The notes under the pieces are model-generated. The model worked only from the letters and a program-made list of their open reading frames with translations. It was not told the DNA's origin and made no database searches. Positions 9,036-19,851 of a DNA stretch of 64,000 nucleotides are shown in pieces. A program made the translations under genes and the position numbers. The stretch is from an uncultured cyanobacterium. GTDB taxonomy: Bacteria > Cyanobacteriota > Cyanobacteriia > Cyanobacteriales > CAWCAG01. Positions within the stretch are counted from its first letter, which is position 1. Every line of letters begins with the position of its first letter. Location: contig CAWCAG010000007.1 in assembly GCA_963793425.1 (NCBI GenBank), forward strand, positions 515,217 through 579,216, in the 5' to 3' direction.

Positions 9036-10375
9036 CAAAACGAAAAAAAGGTTTAAAACCCCGCCGTTTTAGGGCGGATTCGTTGATTTTTTCAGGTACA
9101 ATAAACATAATTTGCCAATAGCAACTGTTGCAACCAACATGAAAGCTAGATACAGATACAGATTTTACCCAACGAAGGAGCAGAAACACTCATTTGCTCA
9201 ACTATTTGGCTGTATCCGCGTCGTCTGGAATGATGCTCTGGCACAATGCAAAAGTGAAGGCAAAGCATTAAGCTACAACAAACTATCTAGCCTGTTAACC
9301 ATAGCCAAGAAGACAGAAGAAAGGATTTGGCTAAGGGATGTATCAGCAGTCCCCTTACAACAAACTTTAAGAAACTTAGCCGCAGCCTATAAAAACTTTT
9401 TCGACTCGTGCCGTGGTAAAAGGAAAGGTAAAAAAGTCTTACCACCAAGATTCAAAAAGCGGAGTAATCAACAAAGTGCAGCATTTACAAAATCAGCCTT
9501 CTCAATGGAAGGGCAACAAGTCTGCCTAACGAAAATTGGCAACATTACACCTATACTCTCAAGAGAACTTCCCTCAACTCCCACCTCTCTAACAGTAATC
9601 AAAGGTAGTGCGGATAGATACTTCATAAGCTTCGTAGTTGAAATACAACCACAAAACTTACCTAAGTGCCAATCAAGCATAGGAATAGACTTAGGAATAA
9701 CCGACTTTGCCACATTCAGTAATGGAGAGAAAATCAAAGCCCCAAAACCCTTAAAAAAGAAACTAAAGAAGCTCAGAAAACTACAACGTAACCTTGCCAG
9801 AAAGACGAAAGGTAGTAAGAGACGAGAATTAGCTAGAAGGAGAGTAGCCAAGCTTAACGCCAAGATAAAAGACACCAGAACAGATTTTCTACATAAGCTA
9901 TCAACTAAGATAATTCGTGAAAACCAAACGATAATCTTAGAAGATTTAAACGTATCGGGAATGCTCCGAAACCGTAAGTTATCCCGTGCAATTAGTGATT
10001 TAGGTTGGCGTAGTTTCAGAACTATGTTAGAAGCCAAATCAGTAATGTATGGCAGAGAATTTAGGGTAATAGATAGATGGGAACCCACATCACAGAGATG
10101 TCATGAGTGTGGTTTTAGAGGCGGCAAGCAGGAACTCTCTATTAGAGAATGGACTTGCTTAAACTGCGGTGCAGTTCACGATAGAGACGTTAATGCCGCC
10201 ATAAATATCAAAGTCGCGGGGGGACACTCTGAGACGATAAACGGACGTGGAGGGAAGCGTAAGACTACAACCGTAGCAGCACCCAAAGAAACGTCAACCC
10301 ACTTAAAACCTGTTCAACTTTCGTTGTTTGGGTAGATGAGGAATCCCCGTCTCTTTAGAGCGGGGAGGATGTCAA
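9036..10375 (+). mobile_element. IS200/IS605-family, tnpB-only (IS1341-type) element
   Basis: Boundaries were set by comparison with the second copy at 61148-61664. The shared sequence starts after TTTAT and ends ...GGATGTCAA. Subterminal hairpins: CCGCC-GTTTTAG-GGCGG near the left end and CCCCGTCTCT-TTAG-AGCGGGG near the right end. No tnpA gene. Confidence 0.85.
9139..10335 (+). CDS. tnpB: TnpB RNA-guided endonuclease (IS605 OrfB family)
   Basis: Probable ATG at 9139 ([12 protein letters not shown]). The ORF track extends to a TTG at 9112. RuvC motifs IGIDLGITDF, IILEDLNV and [11 protein letters not shown] are present, plus the zinc ribbon CHECG...CLNCG. Confidence 0.9.
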   Translation: MKARYRYRFYPTKEQKHSFAQLFGCIRVVWNDALAQCKSEGKALSYNKLSSLLTIAKKTEERIWLRDVSAVPLQQTLRNLAAAYKNFFDSCRGKRKGKKVLPPRFKKRSNQQSAAFTKSAFSMEGQQVCLTKIGNITPILSRELPSTPTSLTVIKGSADRYFISFVVEIQPQNLPKCQSSIGIDLGITDFATFSNGEKIKAPKPLKKKLKKLRKLQRNLARKTKGSKRRELARRRVAKLNAKIKDTRTDFLHKLSTKIIRENQTIILEDLNVSGMLRNRKLSRAISDLGWRSFRTMLEAKSVMYGREFRVIDRWEPTSQRCHECGFRGGKQELSIREWTCLNCGAVHDRDVNAAINIKVAGGHSETINGRGGKRKTTTVAAPKETSTHLKPVQLSLFG

Positions 10376-10395
10376 ACCATAGTCTTAATCCCCAT
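10180..10395 (+). ncRNA. predicted omega-RNA (scaffold over the tnpB 3' end and right end, plus a flank-derived guide)
   Basis: By analogy to characterised TnpB elements. The region is conserved in the deleted copy at 61.3-61.66 kb and contains the right-end hairpin. Exact 5' end and guide length are unknown. Confidence 0.4.
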
Positions 10396-12007
10396 GCCCC
10401 CTTACGTCACTGGCAAATTATCACTCCCATAGGTACAGACCCCCTGTTTTTACGTCCCTTAGCCTTAGATGAAACCATCTTCCACTACCTCTTAGGACAA
10501 CCTTGCCTTGACCCACAATTACAGGGTTTAGTCAAGCCTTTAACCCTGAAGCAAACAACCTTGCCCCCTTCCCACCAAGCCTTAGCAACCAGGTTAATCA
10601 CTGCCTGGTCTAGCCCTAACCCTCCGGTAGTACAATTAGTGGGTTCTGATTTTGCTGCTAAGGCTACTATTGCTGCTATTTCAACTCAACAGTTAGGCTT
10701 TTCTTTACTCACCATCCCTGCCCATCTCCTACCCCAAGAAACCACAGCATTACAAGAATTCTGCCAACGACTAGAAAGACAAACTATTTTGGGACGTAGC
10801 TTAGTTTTCCTCGATTGTCGTCAAATCTTAGAAAGTGATGGTTTAGCAGAGAAATTCTTTTCTCAATTAATTGAACAACTGCCTACTCCCTTCCTCATTA
10901 ACTCCCCAAAGCCCAAACAAATTTCTCAACCTTGCTTAATTCTGGAAGTTAACCCTCCCACTAAAGGGGAACAATTGCAACTTTGGCAAACTGCCTTGGG
11001 AGATGTGGCTACAAATTTAGAAACAGAATTGGCATCCTTGGCATATCAATATAATCTCGACCTCCCCACTATCCAAACCATCTGCACTCAAACTCTTACA
11101 GAATTGAACTTAAGTAACTCTCCTAGAGAATTACTCCCCAGCCTCCGACAAAACTGTCACCGTTTAGTTCGTCCAGCTTTACAAGGGTTAGCACAACACA
11201 TCGAAACCAAAGCAGATTGGGACAGATTTAATCCTGCCGGAAAAAGAAAAGAACATCCTTGAAGAAATTGTTGCCCAAGTTACTTACAGAAAAACTGTTA
11301 GTGCCGACTGGGGCTGGGCAGGGAAAGGGCAACGGGGACAGGCAATGGTGGCAGTCTTCGCTGGGGCAAGTGGTACAGGAAAAACTATGGCAGCAGAGTT
11401 GATTGGAAAGAGGACAGGTTTGGATGTTTATCGTATTGATTTGGCTGCTGTGGTGAGTAAGTATATAGGGGAAACGGAAAAACATCTGGGTCAAATTTTT
11501 GATGGTGCAGAAAGGGGAGGAGCAATTTTACTTTTTGACGAGGGGGATGCTCTGTTTGGTAAGCGTACTGAAGTAAAAGATAGTCGCGATCGCTATGCTA
11601 ATTTGAGTGTTAGTTATTTGTTGCAACGTTTGGAAGCTTACGGTGGATTAGCTATTATTACTACTAATTGGGAAGAATCTTTGGATAAAGCTTTTAAACG
11701 GCGTTTTCGCCATATTGTTCAGTTTCCCATGCCAGATAAAGAGACCAGGAAGCTACTTTGGCAAAGGATTTTTCCTCAAGCGACACCAACCCATCAGTTA
11801 AACTTTACGGAGTTAGCAAAGATGCACATTAGCGGTGGTCATATTCGCTCCATTGCTCTTAATGCCTGCTTCCTCGCTGTCAAAATAGGACAACCAGTGA
11901 CTATGAAGCAAGTGGCGATCGCTGCCCGTGGAGAGTACATAAAGCTAGATTTGGGAAATATGGATAGTTTTACTCAGCGTTGGTTAAAAGAAGCGGAGTT
12001 AAGTTAA
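10376..12007 (+). pseudogene. AAA+ ATPase (Afp15/Pvc15-like), main body with a 1-nt frameshift
   Basis: Degenerate first AAA-like region (VVQLVGSDFAAKATIAAI), then an intact module: Walker A GASGTGKTMAAE, Walker B LLFDEGDALFGKR, DRYANLSVSYLLQRLE, ITTNWEESLDKAFKRRF. The frame switches at the T-run 11227-11229. Removing one T gives ...DWDRLILPEKEKNILEEIV... The ATG at 10336 (MRNPRLFRAGRMS) lies inside the IS right end and is an artefact. Confidence 0.75.
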
Positions 12008-12084
12008 TTAAAACCTACTCCCTTAAAAAATAACTAAATTTTCTTTGCAAATCGAAAAAACAGTAATACAATCATTATTCATAA

Positions 12085-13557
<1,473 letters not shown>

Positions 13558-13711
13558 TTGAGCAAGTTTTCAGGAATTACTCACTTCCAACTTGTGGTTT
13601 AAAACAGATGAGTTGGATGAATAGGAGTAAGAGGTTATGGTTAGAGAGTTGGATAAAATTAATTAATCTCCAATCTCTCTAACTATTCTTTAATGATTTA
13701 ACCATCAGCTA

Positions 13712-14923
13712 TTAGCCATTAAACTTTTCCACACAACGCACAAACATTTCCACCCCCGTACTCAACGCAGACTCATCAAAATTAAAGCGGGGATGATGAT
13801 GAGGGAAATCTAAACCTTGCTTTTCGTTAGCAGAACCAAGAAAGAAGTAACAACCTGGTACTTCCTTGAGGAAAAATGACATATCCTCACTAGCCATAGT
13901 TTGACATTCCGGTACAACTCCTTGGGGAGTTTCGACAACTTGTAGGGCAACCGAACGGACTAACTCAGCTATGTTAGTATCATTAATTACAGGAGGATAT
14001 AATTGCCAATAATCCAACTCATATTTTGCTCCATAACTCTGACAAACTCCCGCAATTACCTCTTCTACGCGCTGAGAAAGGTAACCTTCTAGGGTAGGAT
14101 TGAAATAGCGTACCGTACCGCTTAAATAAGCTCGATCAGCGATCGCATTTAAGGCTGTTCCTGCTTTTAGTTCCCCGACGGTAACTACCGCCGAATCTAA
14201 GGGATTAACATTACGGGCAACTATACTTTGCAAAGCATTAACAACTTGGGCGCTAACTAGCACAGCATCAATGGTTTGGTCTGGCATAGCCCCATGACCA
14301 CCCTTACCGAAAATATCACAGCGAAAACATTCTACCGCCGCCATCAATGCCCCTGAACGTACTCCTAATGTACCTACAGGCAAGCGATTCCATAAATGAA
14401 GCCCGATAATAGCATCAACATCAGGATTCTTGAGAACCCCCGCCTCAATCATTGGTTTTGCACCTCCTGGATGCTCTTCAGCCGGTTGGAAAATTATTTT
14501 GACAGTTCCCCGAAAACTATTCCGATGAGTTTCTAGGTAATAAGCTGTTCCCAAGGCGATCGCTGTATGCCCATCGTGGCCACAAGCGTGCATGACTCCA
14601 TCATGGCGAGAACGGTAGAGTATACTATTCTCTTCCTGGATCGGTAAAGCATCCATATCTGCTCTAATTGCTAAAACTGGGCCAGGATGAGAACTATTTA
14701 TAGTTGCAACGATACCAGTTTTAGCGATGTCTGTTTGATGATCAATTGCCCACTCTTGCAATTTTTGGGCGACAAATTTTGCAGTTAACTTTTCTTGAAA
14801 ACCCAGTTCAGGATATTGATGAAGATGTCTTCGCCATTGTACTAACTGGGAATGTAAAGCTTTAATTTCTAACCGGATTTGAGAAAAATCCAGAGAATTA
14901 GTCTGGGGGAAAGTAGATACCAT
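13712..14923 (-). CDS. M20D family amidohydrolase (hippurate hydrolase/aminoacylase-like)
   Basis: 403 aa. RADMDALP and HACGHDGH motifs. Confidence 0.85.
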   Translation of the reverse strand: MVSTFPQTNSLDFSQIRLEIKALHSQLVQWRRHLHQYPELGFQEKLTAKFVAQKLQEWAIDHQTDIAKTGIVATINSSHPGPVLAIRADMDALPIQEENSILYRSRHDGVMHACGHDGHTAIALGTAYYLETHRNSFRGTVKIIFQPAEEHPGGAKPMIEAGVLKNPDVDAIIGLHLWNRLPVGTLGVRSGALMAAVECFRCDIFGKGGHGAMPDQTIDAVLVSAQVVNALQSIVARNVNPLDSAVVTVGELKAGTALNAIADRAYLSGTVRYFNPTLEGYLSQRVEEVIAGVCQSYGAKYELDYWQLYPPVINDTNIAELVRSVALQVVETPQGVVPECQTMASEDMSFFLKEVPGCYFFLGSANEKQGLDFPHHHPRFNFDESALSTGVEMFVRCVEKFNG

Positions 14924-15104
14924 AATTTGTTAACTCGCTCTTATTAAAATTGGTTAATTTTTATTGGGGAAGTTTGCCGCAAATTTAGTTAGTATCACTA
15001 GTTAATGTGATTGCGATCGCACCAAAAAATAACTAGAGTCACTACCTTATTGATAACATCAATCATCATGGAGTGATGGGGAATTACTTATTGTTAAGTA
15101 ATTT

Positions 15105-17789
15105 TTGTCTATTTTGCCCAAGGCGAGGGAATGTAACACCATGCTCCCTTCTGACTCTAAATTTGTATCTTATGGTCGTACAAACTCCATTTCTCAGTTT
15201 ATGGAGTCTGAATTTGTTTGCGTATATTTCACTACTTTGATACGAGATGTTGCTGAATTGATGTATGAAAACCAGTCAGGATATGTTGTCATAACTCAAA
15301 ACAGAACAACTAAACAAAGTAATCAATCTGTAACACCTTTAGGCATTATTACAAAAGGGGATATTTTCCGCTTTCAACTTGATGGGTTAGATATTCATAG
15401 CATCCAAGCTCAAGAAGTAATGAGTACACCTTTGTATTATCTAAAAACCGAAGATAGTTTACAAAAAGCGTATCAAGAAATGCAACGCCTTGATGTGAGC
15501 CATTTAATGGTATTAGACAAGCAAAATAAACTACAAGGGGTAATAACAAAAAACAGTTTGTTACGAAGTATTGATACTAGTTTAATAGATAGCTTAAAGC
15601 AACAGCTTAATCGCCTCCAAGCAGAAAAGCAAACACTAATGTCCCAAGGCAACGTGCAATTGGAACAGCAGGTTAAAAGACGTACCGTACAACTCCAAGA
15701 GCAGTCAGAATCTCATCGCTTACTAGCCAATTTGGCTGGAGATATTCGCACCTCTCTTAATCTTCAAGAAGTTCTTGATACTACCGTTGAAAAAATACGT
15801 CAATTTCTCCAAACTGATCGAGTATTTATTTGTCGCTTTAATCCTAAAGGAGATGGAGTAGTAGTTGCAGAATCTGTCGGTGAGAGTTGGCCTTCTTTGT
15901 TAGGAGAAACTTTGCCTGAATCTTGTTTTGAGTCTAGTTGGATAGAAAGTTATTATCAACATCTTACTCGCAGAATTACTAATATTTACGAGGCTGGACT
16001 TAGTGATGGCAAAATTCAATTACTCGAACAGTGGCAGACAAAAGCGAAGTTAACAGTACCTATTTTACTAGATGTTAAGTTGTGGGGTTTGGTTTGCGCT
16101 CATCATTGCAGATATACCAAGGAATGGTCTTCTTCATCTAGTAATTTGCTCTTAAACCTTGCTTTTCAAGTGGGCAAAGCTATTCAGCAATCGGAACTTT
16201 ATCAACATTCTCAATGGGAATTAGAAGAGTATCAAAGAGAAAAAACTGCTTTGAAAGAAAGGGAGCAACGTCTTTGCAAGCATAACCAGGTTTTGATGAA
16301 TTTAGCCAAAAATAAAATCCTCAGTTCAGGAAATATAGCTGCGTCTTTGCAGAAAATAACTCAAGTAGCAGCCCAAACTTTAGAAGTGGATCAGGTTGGT
16401 TTTTGGCTTTGCAATAAAAATTACTCAGCTATACATTGTCATGATTTGTTTTGTCTAAGTACAAAAGAGCATTTAGCAGACATTCAGTTAAATATTGGCA
16501 AAGGTTCTAGATATTTTCAAGCTTTAGAAAGTGAACGTATTATTGCAGTTGAACACACTGATGTTGATCAGAGAACTAAAGAGTTTCTAGAAGCTTATTT
16601 CATTCCTTACCGAGTTAAATCTGTATTAGATGCACCAGTTTATTTAGATGGTAAATTAATAGGAGTTATTTGTCACGAGCAAGTTACGAATATGCGTCAC
16701 TGGACTGTAGAAGAGCAGAATTTTGCTGGTTCCATCGCTGATTTAATTTCTTTAGCTTTTGAAGCAGTAGAAAGAAAGGCTGCTGAAGCAGAAATTCTTA
16801 GGTTAAATGAAGAGTTAGAACAAAGAGTAATTCAACGGACAGAGGAACTTGAAACTGTTAACAAGGAGCTAGGAAAAGCTCGTAGGCAATTAGAAAAACG
16901 GGTCAAGAAAAGAACAGCACAACTAGAACAAGTCAATAAAAACTTAAGACAAGAAATTATCGAACGTCAACAAGCAGAAGCTTCTTTACGAGCTAGTGAG
17001 GAACGCTATGCTACCTTAGCTAGTATTTTGGAAATAACCAATGAAGAATTGGAAATAAGAGTAGCTCGACGTACTGCTGAGTTGCGCCAAGTTATGGCAG
17101 AATTGCAAGAAGAAATTATTGAACGTAAGCAAGCTGAGACAAAAATTACGGCATCTCTTAAAGAAAAAGAAGTTTTACTTAAAGAAATTCATCATCGAGT
17201 TAAGAATAACTTACAAGTCATTTCTAGTTTATTAAAATTGCAGTCTAGCTATGTCAAAGATGAGAAGGTTTTAGCTTTATTTGAAGAGAGTAATAATCGT
17301 GTTAAGACTATGGCTCTTATTCATGAGAAGTTATATCATTCTCCTAATCTAGCTCAAATTAATGCTCAAGAATATATCAACAATTTAACCAACAATATTT
17401 TACATTCCTATAGTATTTTTAATAAAAAAATTAAATTATCTTTAGATGTGGAAGATATTTTATTAGATATAGATACAGCTATACCCTGTGGACTAATTAT
17501 TAATGAATTGGTGTCTAATTCTCTTAAATATGCTTTCATTAAAAAAGAAGAAGGTTTAGTCTTGCTTAAGTTCAGCAAAAATAAACATCAAGAAATAACT
17601 TTGCTGGTAAAAGATAACGGCATTGGTTTACAAGAAGGGTTAAAAATTGAAGAAGCTGATTCTTTAGGATTACAGTTAGTTTATAACTTGACTGAGCAAC
17701 TAGAAGGGGACATCAAAATTAAACGAGGACAAGGAACCTATTTTGAAATAAATTTTCCTTACCCCAAACATCAGGAGGAAGTAACATGA
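15105..17789 (+). CDS. sensor histidine kinase: CBS pair - GAF - GAF - coiled-coil array - HisKA_2/HATPase
   Basis: 894 aa from a TTG start; the true start is uncertain. The kinase core carries EIHHRVKNNLQVISSLL. There are four LExRVxxRTxxL signalling-helix modules. Confidence 0.85.
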   Translation: MSILPKARECNTMLPSDSKFVSYGRTNSISQFMESEFVCVYFTTLIRDVAELMYENQSGYVVITQNRTTKQSNQSVTPLGIITKGDIFRFQLDGLDIHSIQAQEVMSTPLYYLKTEDSLQKAYQEMQRLDVSHLMVLDKQNKLQGVITKNSLLRSIDTSLIDSLKQQLNRLQAEKQTLMSQGNVQLEQQVKRRTVQLQEQSESHRLLANLAGDIRTSLNLQEVLDTTVEKIRQFLQTDRVFICRFNPKGDGVVVAESVGESWPSLLGETLPESCFESSWIESYYQHLTRRITNIYEAGLSDGKIQLLEQWQTKAKLTVPILLDVKLWGLVCAHHCRYTKEWSSSSSNLLLNLAFQVGKAIQQSELYQHSQWELEEYQREKTALKEREQRLCKHNQVLMNLAKNKILSSGNIAASLQKITQVAAQTLEVDQVGFWLCNKNYSAIHCHDLFCLSTKEHLADIQLNIGKGSRYFQALESERIIAVEHTDVDQRTKEFLEAYFIPYRVKSVLDAPVYLDGKLIGVICHEQVTNMRHWTVEEQNFAGSIADLISLAFEAVERKAAEAEILRLNEELEQRVIQRTEELETVNKELGKARRQLEKRVKKRTAQLEQVNKNLRQEIIERQQAEASLRASEERYATLASILEITNEELEIRVARRTAELRQVMAELQEEIIERKQAETKITASLKEKEVLLKEIHHRVKNNLQVISSLLKLQSSYVKDEKVLALFEESNNRVKTMALIHEKLYHSPNLAQINAQEYINNLTNNILHSYSIFNKKIKLSLDVEDILLDIDTAIPCGLIINELVSNSLKYAFIKKEEGLVLLKFSKNKHQEITLLVKDNGIGLQEGLKIEEADSLGLQLVYNLTEQLEGDIKIKRGQGTYFEINFPYPKHQEEVT

Positions 17790-18886
17790 GTTCAACGACT
17801 ATTTTAGTAGTTGAAGATGAAACAATTGTCGGTATGGGGATTAGAAAAGCTCTTAAGGATATGGGCTATGATGTCCCAGCAGTAATTAGTTCTGGAGAAA
17901 AAGCTATTGCTAAGGCTCAAATAATTACTCCAGATTTAGTAATCATGGATATTAGCTTGAAAGGAAAATATGATGGTGTAGAAGCAGCGAAACAAATTCA
18001 AGATGCTTTTCATATTCCCATTGTATACTTAACCGCTCATAGCGATATCAAAACTTTGCAAAGAGTAAAACAAACTAAACCTTTTGGTTATGTAGTGAAA
18101 CCTTTTGAAGAACGTGATTTACAAACTACTATTGAGATAGCATTGAGTCGGTATCAAGCGGAAAAAGAAGTACGTCAAGCTTTAGAAAAAGAAAGAGAAA
18201 TCAATCAGTTGAAGCATCGCTTTCTTTCCATGACTTCCCATGATTTACGTACTCCTCTGTCTGTGGTTTCTTTAGCAGCAGAATTGCTAGAGAGTTTTAG
18301 TTCTACTTGGGAAGAAGAAAAGAAGCTGAGATATATTCACAAAATTCAACAAGCTGTTCGGCAAATGGATAATTTGCTTGAAGACATTTTAATTATTGGT
18401 AAAGCCGAAGTTGGTAGCTTAGGATTTAATCCTAATCATCTCAACTTAGTTGAGTTTTGCCAAGAGTTGGTAGATGAGTTACAGCTTATTTTCCAAACTA
18501 GATCACCGATTAACTTGGTATTTAAAAATTCTTGTCAGGAAGCTTATATGGATGCCAAATTACTGAGGCAGATTCTTACGAACTTATTGTCTAATGCAAT
18601 TAAATATTCTCCTAATAATCAACCTATTAATTTTTATTTGAGTTGTGATCATAATTTTGCAGTTTTTTGTATTCAAGATCAAGGTATTGGTATACCTCCT
18701 CAAGACTTACAGGAACTTTTTAAAAGCTTTCGTAGAGCTAGTAATGTTGGGGAGATTCCTGGCACAGGATTAGGTTTGGCTATTGTCAAAAAGCTTACAG
18801 AAATTCATCGAGGTACAATTTCTGTAGAAAGTGAGTTACAAGAAGGTACTACTTTTACCGTTAGTTTGCCATTTGGGAAAGCCTGA
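17786..18886 (+). CDS. hybrid response regulator/histidine kinase (REC-HisKA-HATPase)
   Basis: 366 aa. ATGA overlap with the upstream kinase gene. REC motif ILVVEDE...DLVIMDISL, H-box SHDLRTPLS, G-box [10 protein letters not shown]. Confidence 0.9.
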   Translation: MSSTTILVVEDETIVGMGIRKALKDMGYDVPAVISSGEKAIAKAQIITPDLVIMDISLKGKYDGVEAAKQIQDAFHIPIVYLTAHSDIKTLQRVKQTKPFGYVVKPFEERDLQTTIEIALSRYQAEKEVRQALEKEREINQLKHRFLSMTSHDLRTPLSVVSLAAELLESFSSTWEEEKKLRYIHKIQQAVRQMDNLLEDILIIGKAEVGSLGFNPNHLNLVEFCQELVDELQLIFQTRSPINLVFKNSCQEAYMDAKLLRQILTNLLSNAIKYSPNNQPINFYLSCDHNFAVFCIQDQGIGIPPQDLQELFKSFRRASNVGEIPGTGLGLAIVKKLTEIHRGTISVESELQEGTTFTVSLPFGKA

Positions 18887-18903
18887 TGTGATTATATTAG
18901 TTA

Positions 18904-19848
18904 TTAATAAGCTACATTCGGTCGGTTGGCAGTATCTAGAAATTTTAATTGTTGGTAGAGCATCTCAATCTTAGGTAAAATTATTCCTTGATGAGCAGCA
19001 CGTTTTAAAGGGTTGCCAACAATTGCCTCTATTTCTAAGGGACGATGGTTATCATAATCTAACTTCATACTAGTATGATAGGGTTTCATCTGTTTGGTAT
19101 AATGCAACATAGTTTGAATATAATCATTAGTAATTTCTTTGCCTTCACTCTTTGCTCCGGCTGCAACTTCTGTCATGATTTTCTCTACTAAACAACGGCT
19201 ACTTTCTTCAAGCATTATTTGTTTAGTTGTTGCATCTAAAACTACTGATAAGCCGTTATAGGGTATGTTCCAAACTAACTTTTGCCACCGGGATTTAAGC
19301 AAGTCTTGACTAAATTTTATTTCTATGGCTGCATTAGCAAAATCTTTGGCGACCTCCTCCATTTCTTTGGTAATACCAGCAGCTTTATAGTTAGGATTAT
19401 ATGCACCAATGGTTATGTAACCGTAGTCTAAATGGCGAATATGTCCTGGTGCAGTTTTATTGGAGCAAACGAAACAGAGTCCTCCTACAATGGCTTGGCT
19501 ATTGGCGAATTCGGCTATTTTTTCTTCTACTCCTAAACCATTTTGTAATAATAAAATAGTACTATTTTCTTTTAATAAAGGGGGGAGTAGGTAAGGGAGA
19601 AGATGATTTTGGGTGGTTTTGAGGGCAACGATAATCACGTCACAGATGGGCATTTGCTGCACATCTTGATAAGCTTTTACTTGAGATAAAGTGAAGTTGC
19701 CATTGATAGATTCAATAACTAAACCCTGCTTTTTGACGTGATGATAATCTCTATTTAAAAGAAAGTGAACTTCCTTTCCTGCTCTTTGTAAACAAGCACC
19801 GTAATAACCGCCAATAGCACCTGTACCAAGGATTGCATAGCTGTTCAT
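18904..19848 (-). CDS. panE: 2-dehydropantoate 2-reductase
   Basis: 314 aa. N-terminal ILGTGAIGGYYG Rossmann motif and ApbA/PanE-like length. Confidence 0.8.
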   Translation of the reverse strand: MNSYAILGTGAIGGYYGACLQRAGKEVHFLLNRDYHHVKKQGLVIESINGNFTLSQVKAYQDVQQMPICDVIIVALKTTQNHLLPYLLPPLLKENSTILLLQNGLGVEEKIAEFANSQAIVGGLCFVCSNKTAPGHIRHLDYGYITIGAYNPNYKAAGITKEMEEVAKDFANAAIEIKFSQDLLKSRWQKLVWNIPYNGLSVVLDATTKQIMLEESSRCLVEKIMTEVAAGAKSEGKEITNDYIQTMLHYTKQMKPYHTSMKLDYDNHRPLEIEAIVGNPLKRAAHQGIILPKIEMLYQQLKFLDTANRPNVAY

Positions 19849-19851
19849 GGT

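Noticed and set aside
8930-9121. 63-aa ORF called as a stand-alone small gene
   Set aside because: Only its first 35 codons are host sequence (the ATPase N-terminus). The remainder is read-through into the IS left end.
9468-10088. 206-aa antisense ORF inside tnpB
   Set aside because: It is a shadow ORF opposite a well-supported gene and is low-complexity. The same reasoning applies to 285-482, 2118-2447, 4283-4516, 5341-5574, 12363-12581, 20307-20751, 21834-22106, 22704-22898, 26762-27286, 29103-29491, 33363-33674, 33993-34319, 38346-38988, 51507-51695, 53669-53962, 54357-54620, 60198-60392 and 62132-62374.
10336-10375. ATG start and MRNPRLFRAGRMS N-terminus of the 308-aa ORF 10336-11262
   Set aside because: These 40 nt are the right-end hairpin of the IS and are identical in the copy at 61625-61664. 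The ORF is the 3' continuation of the interrupted ATPase, not an independent gene start.
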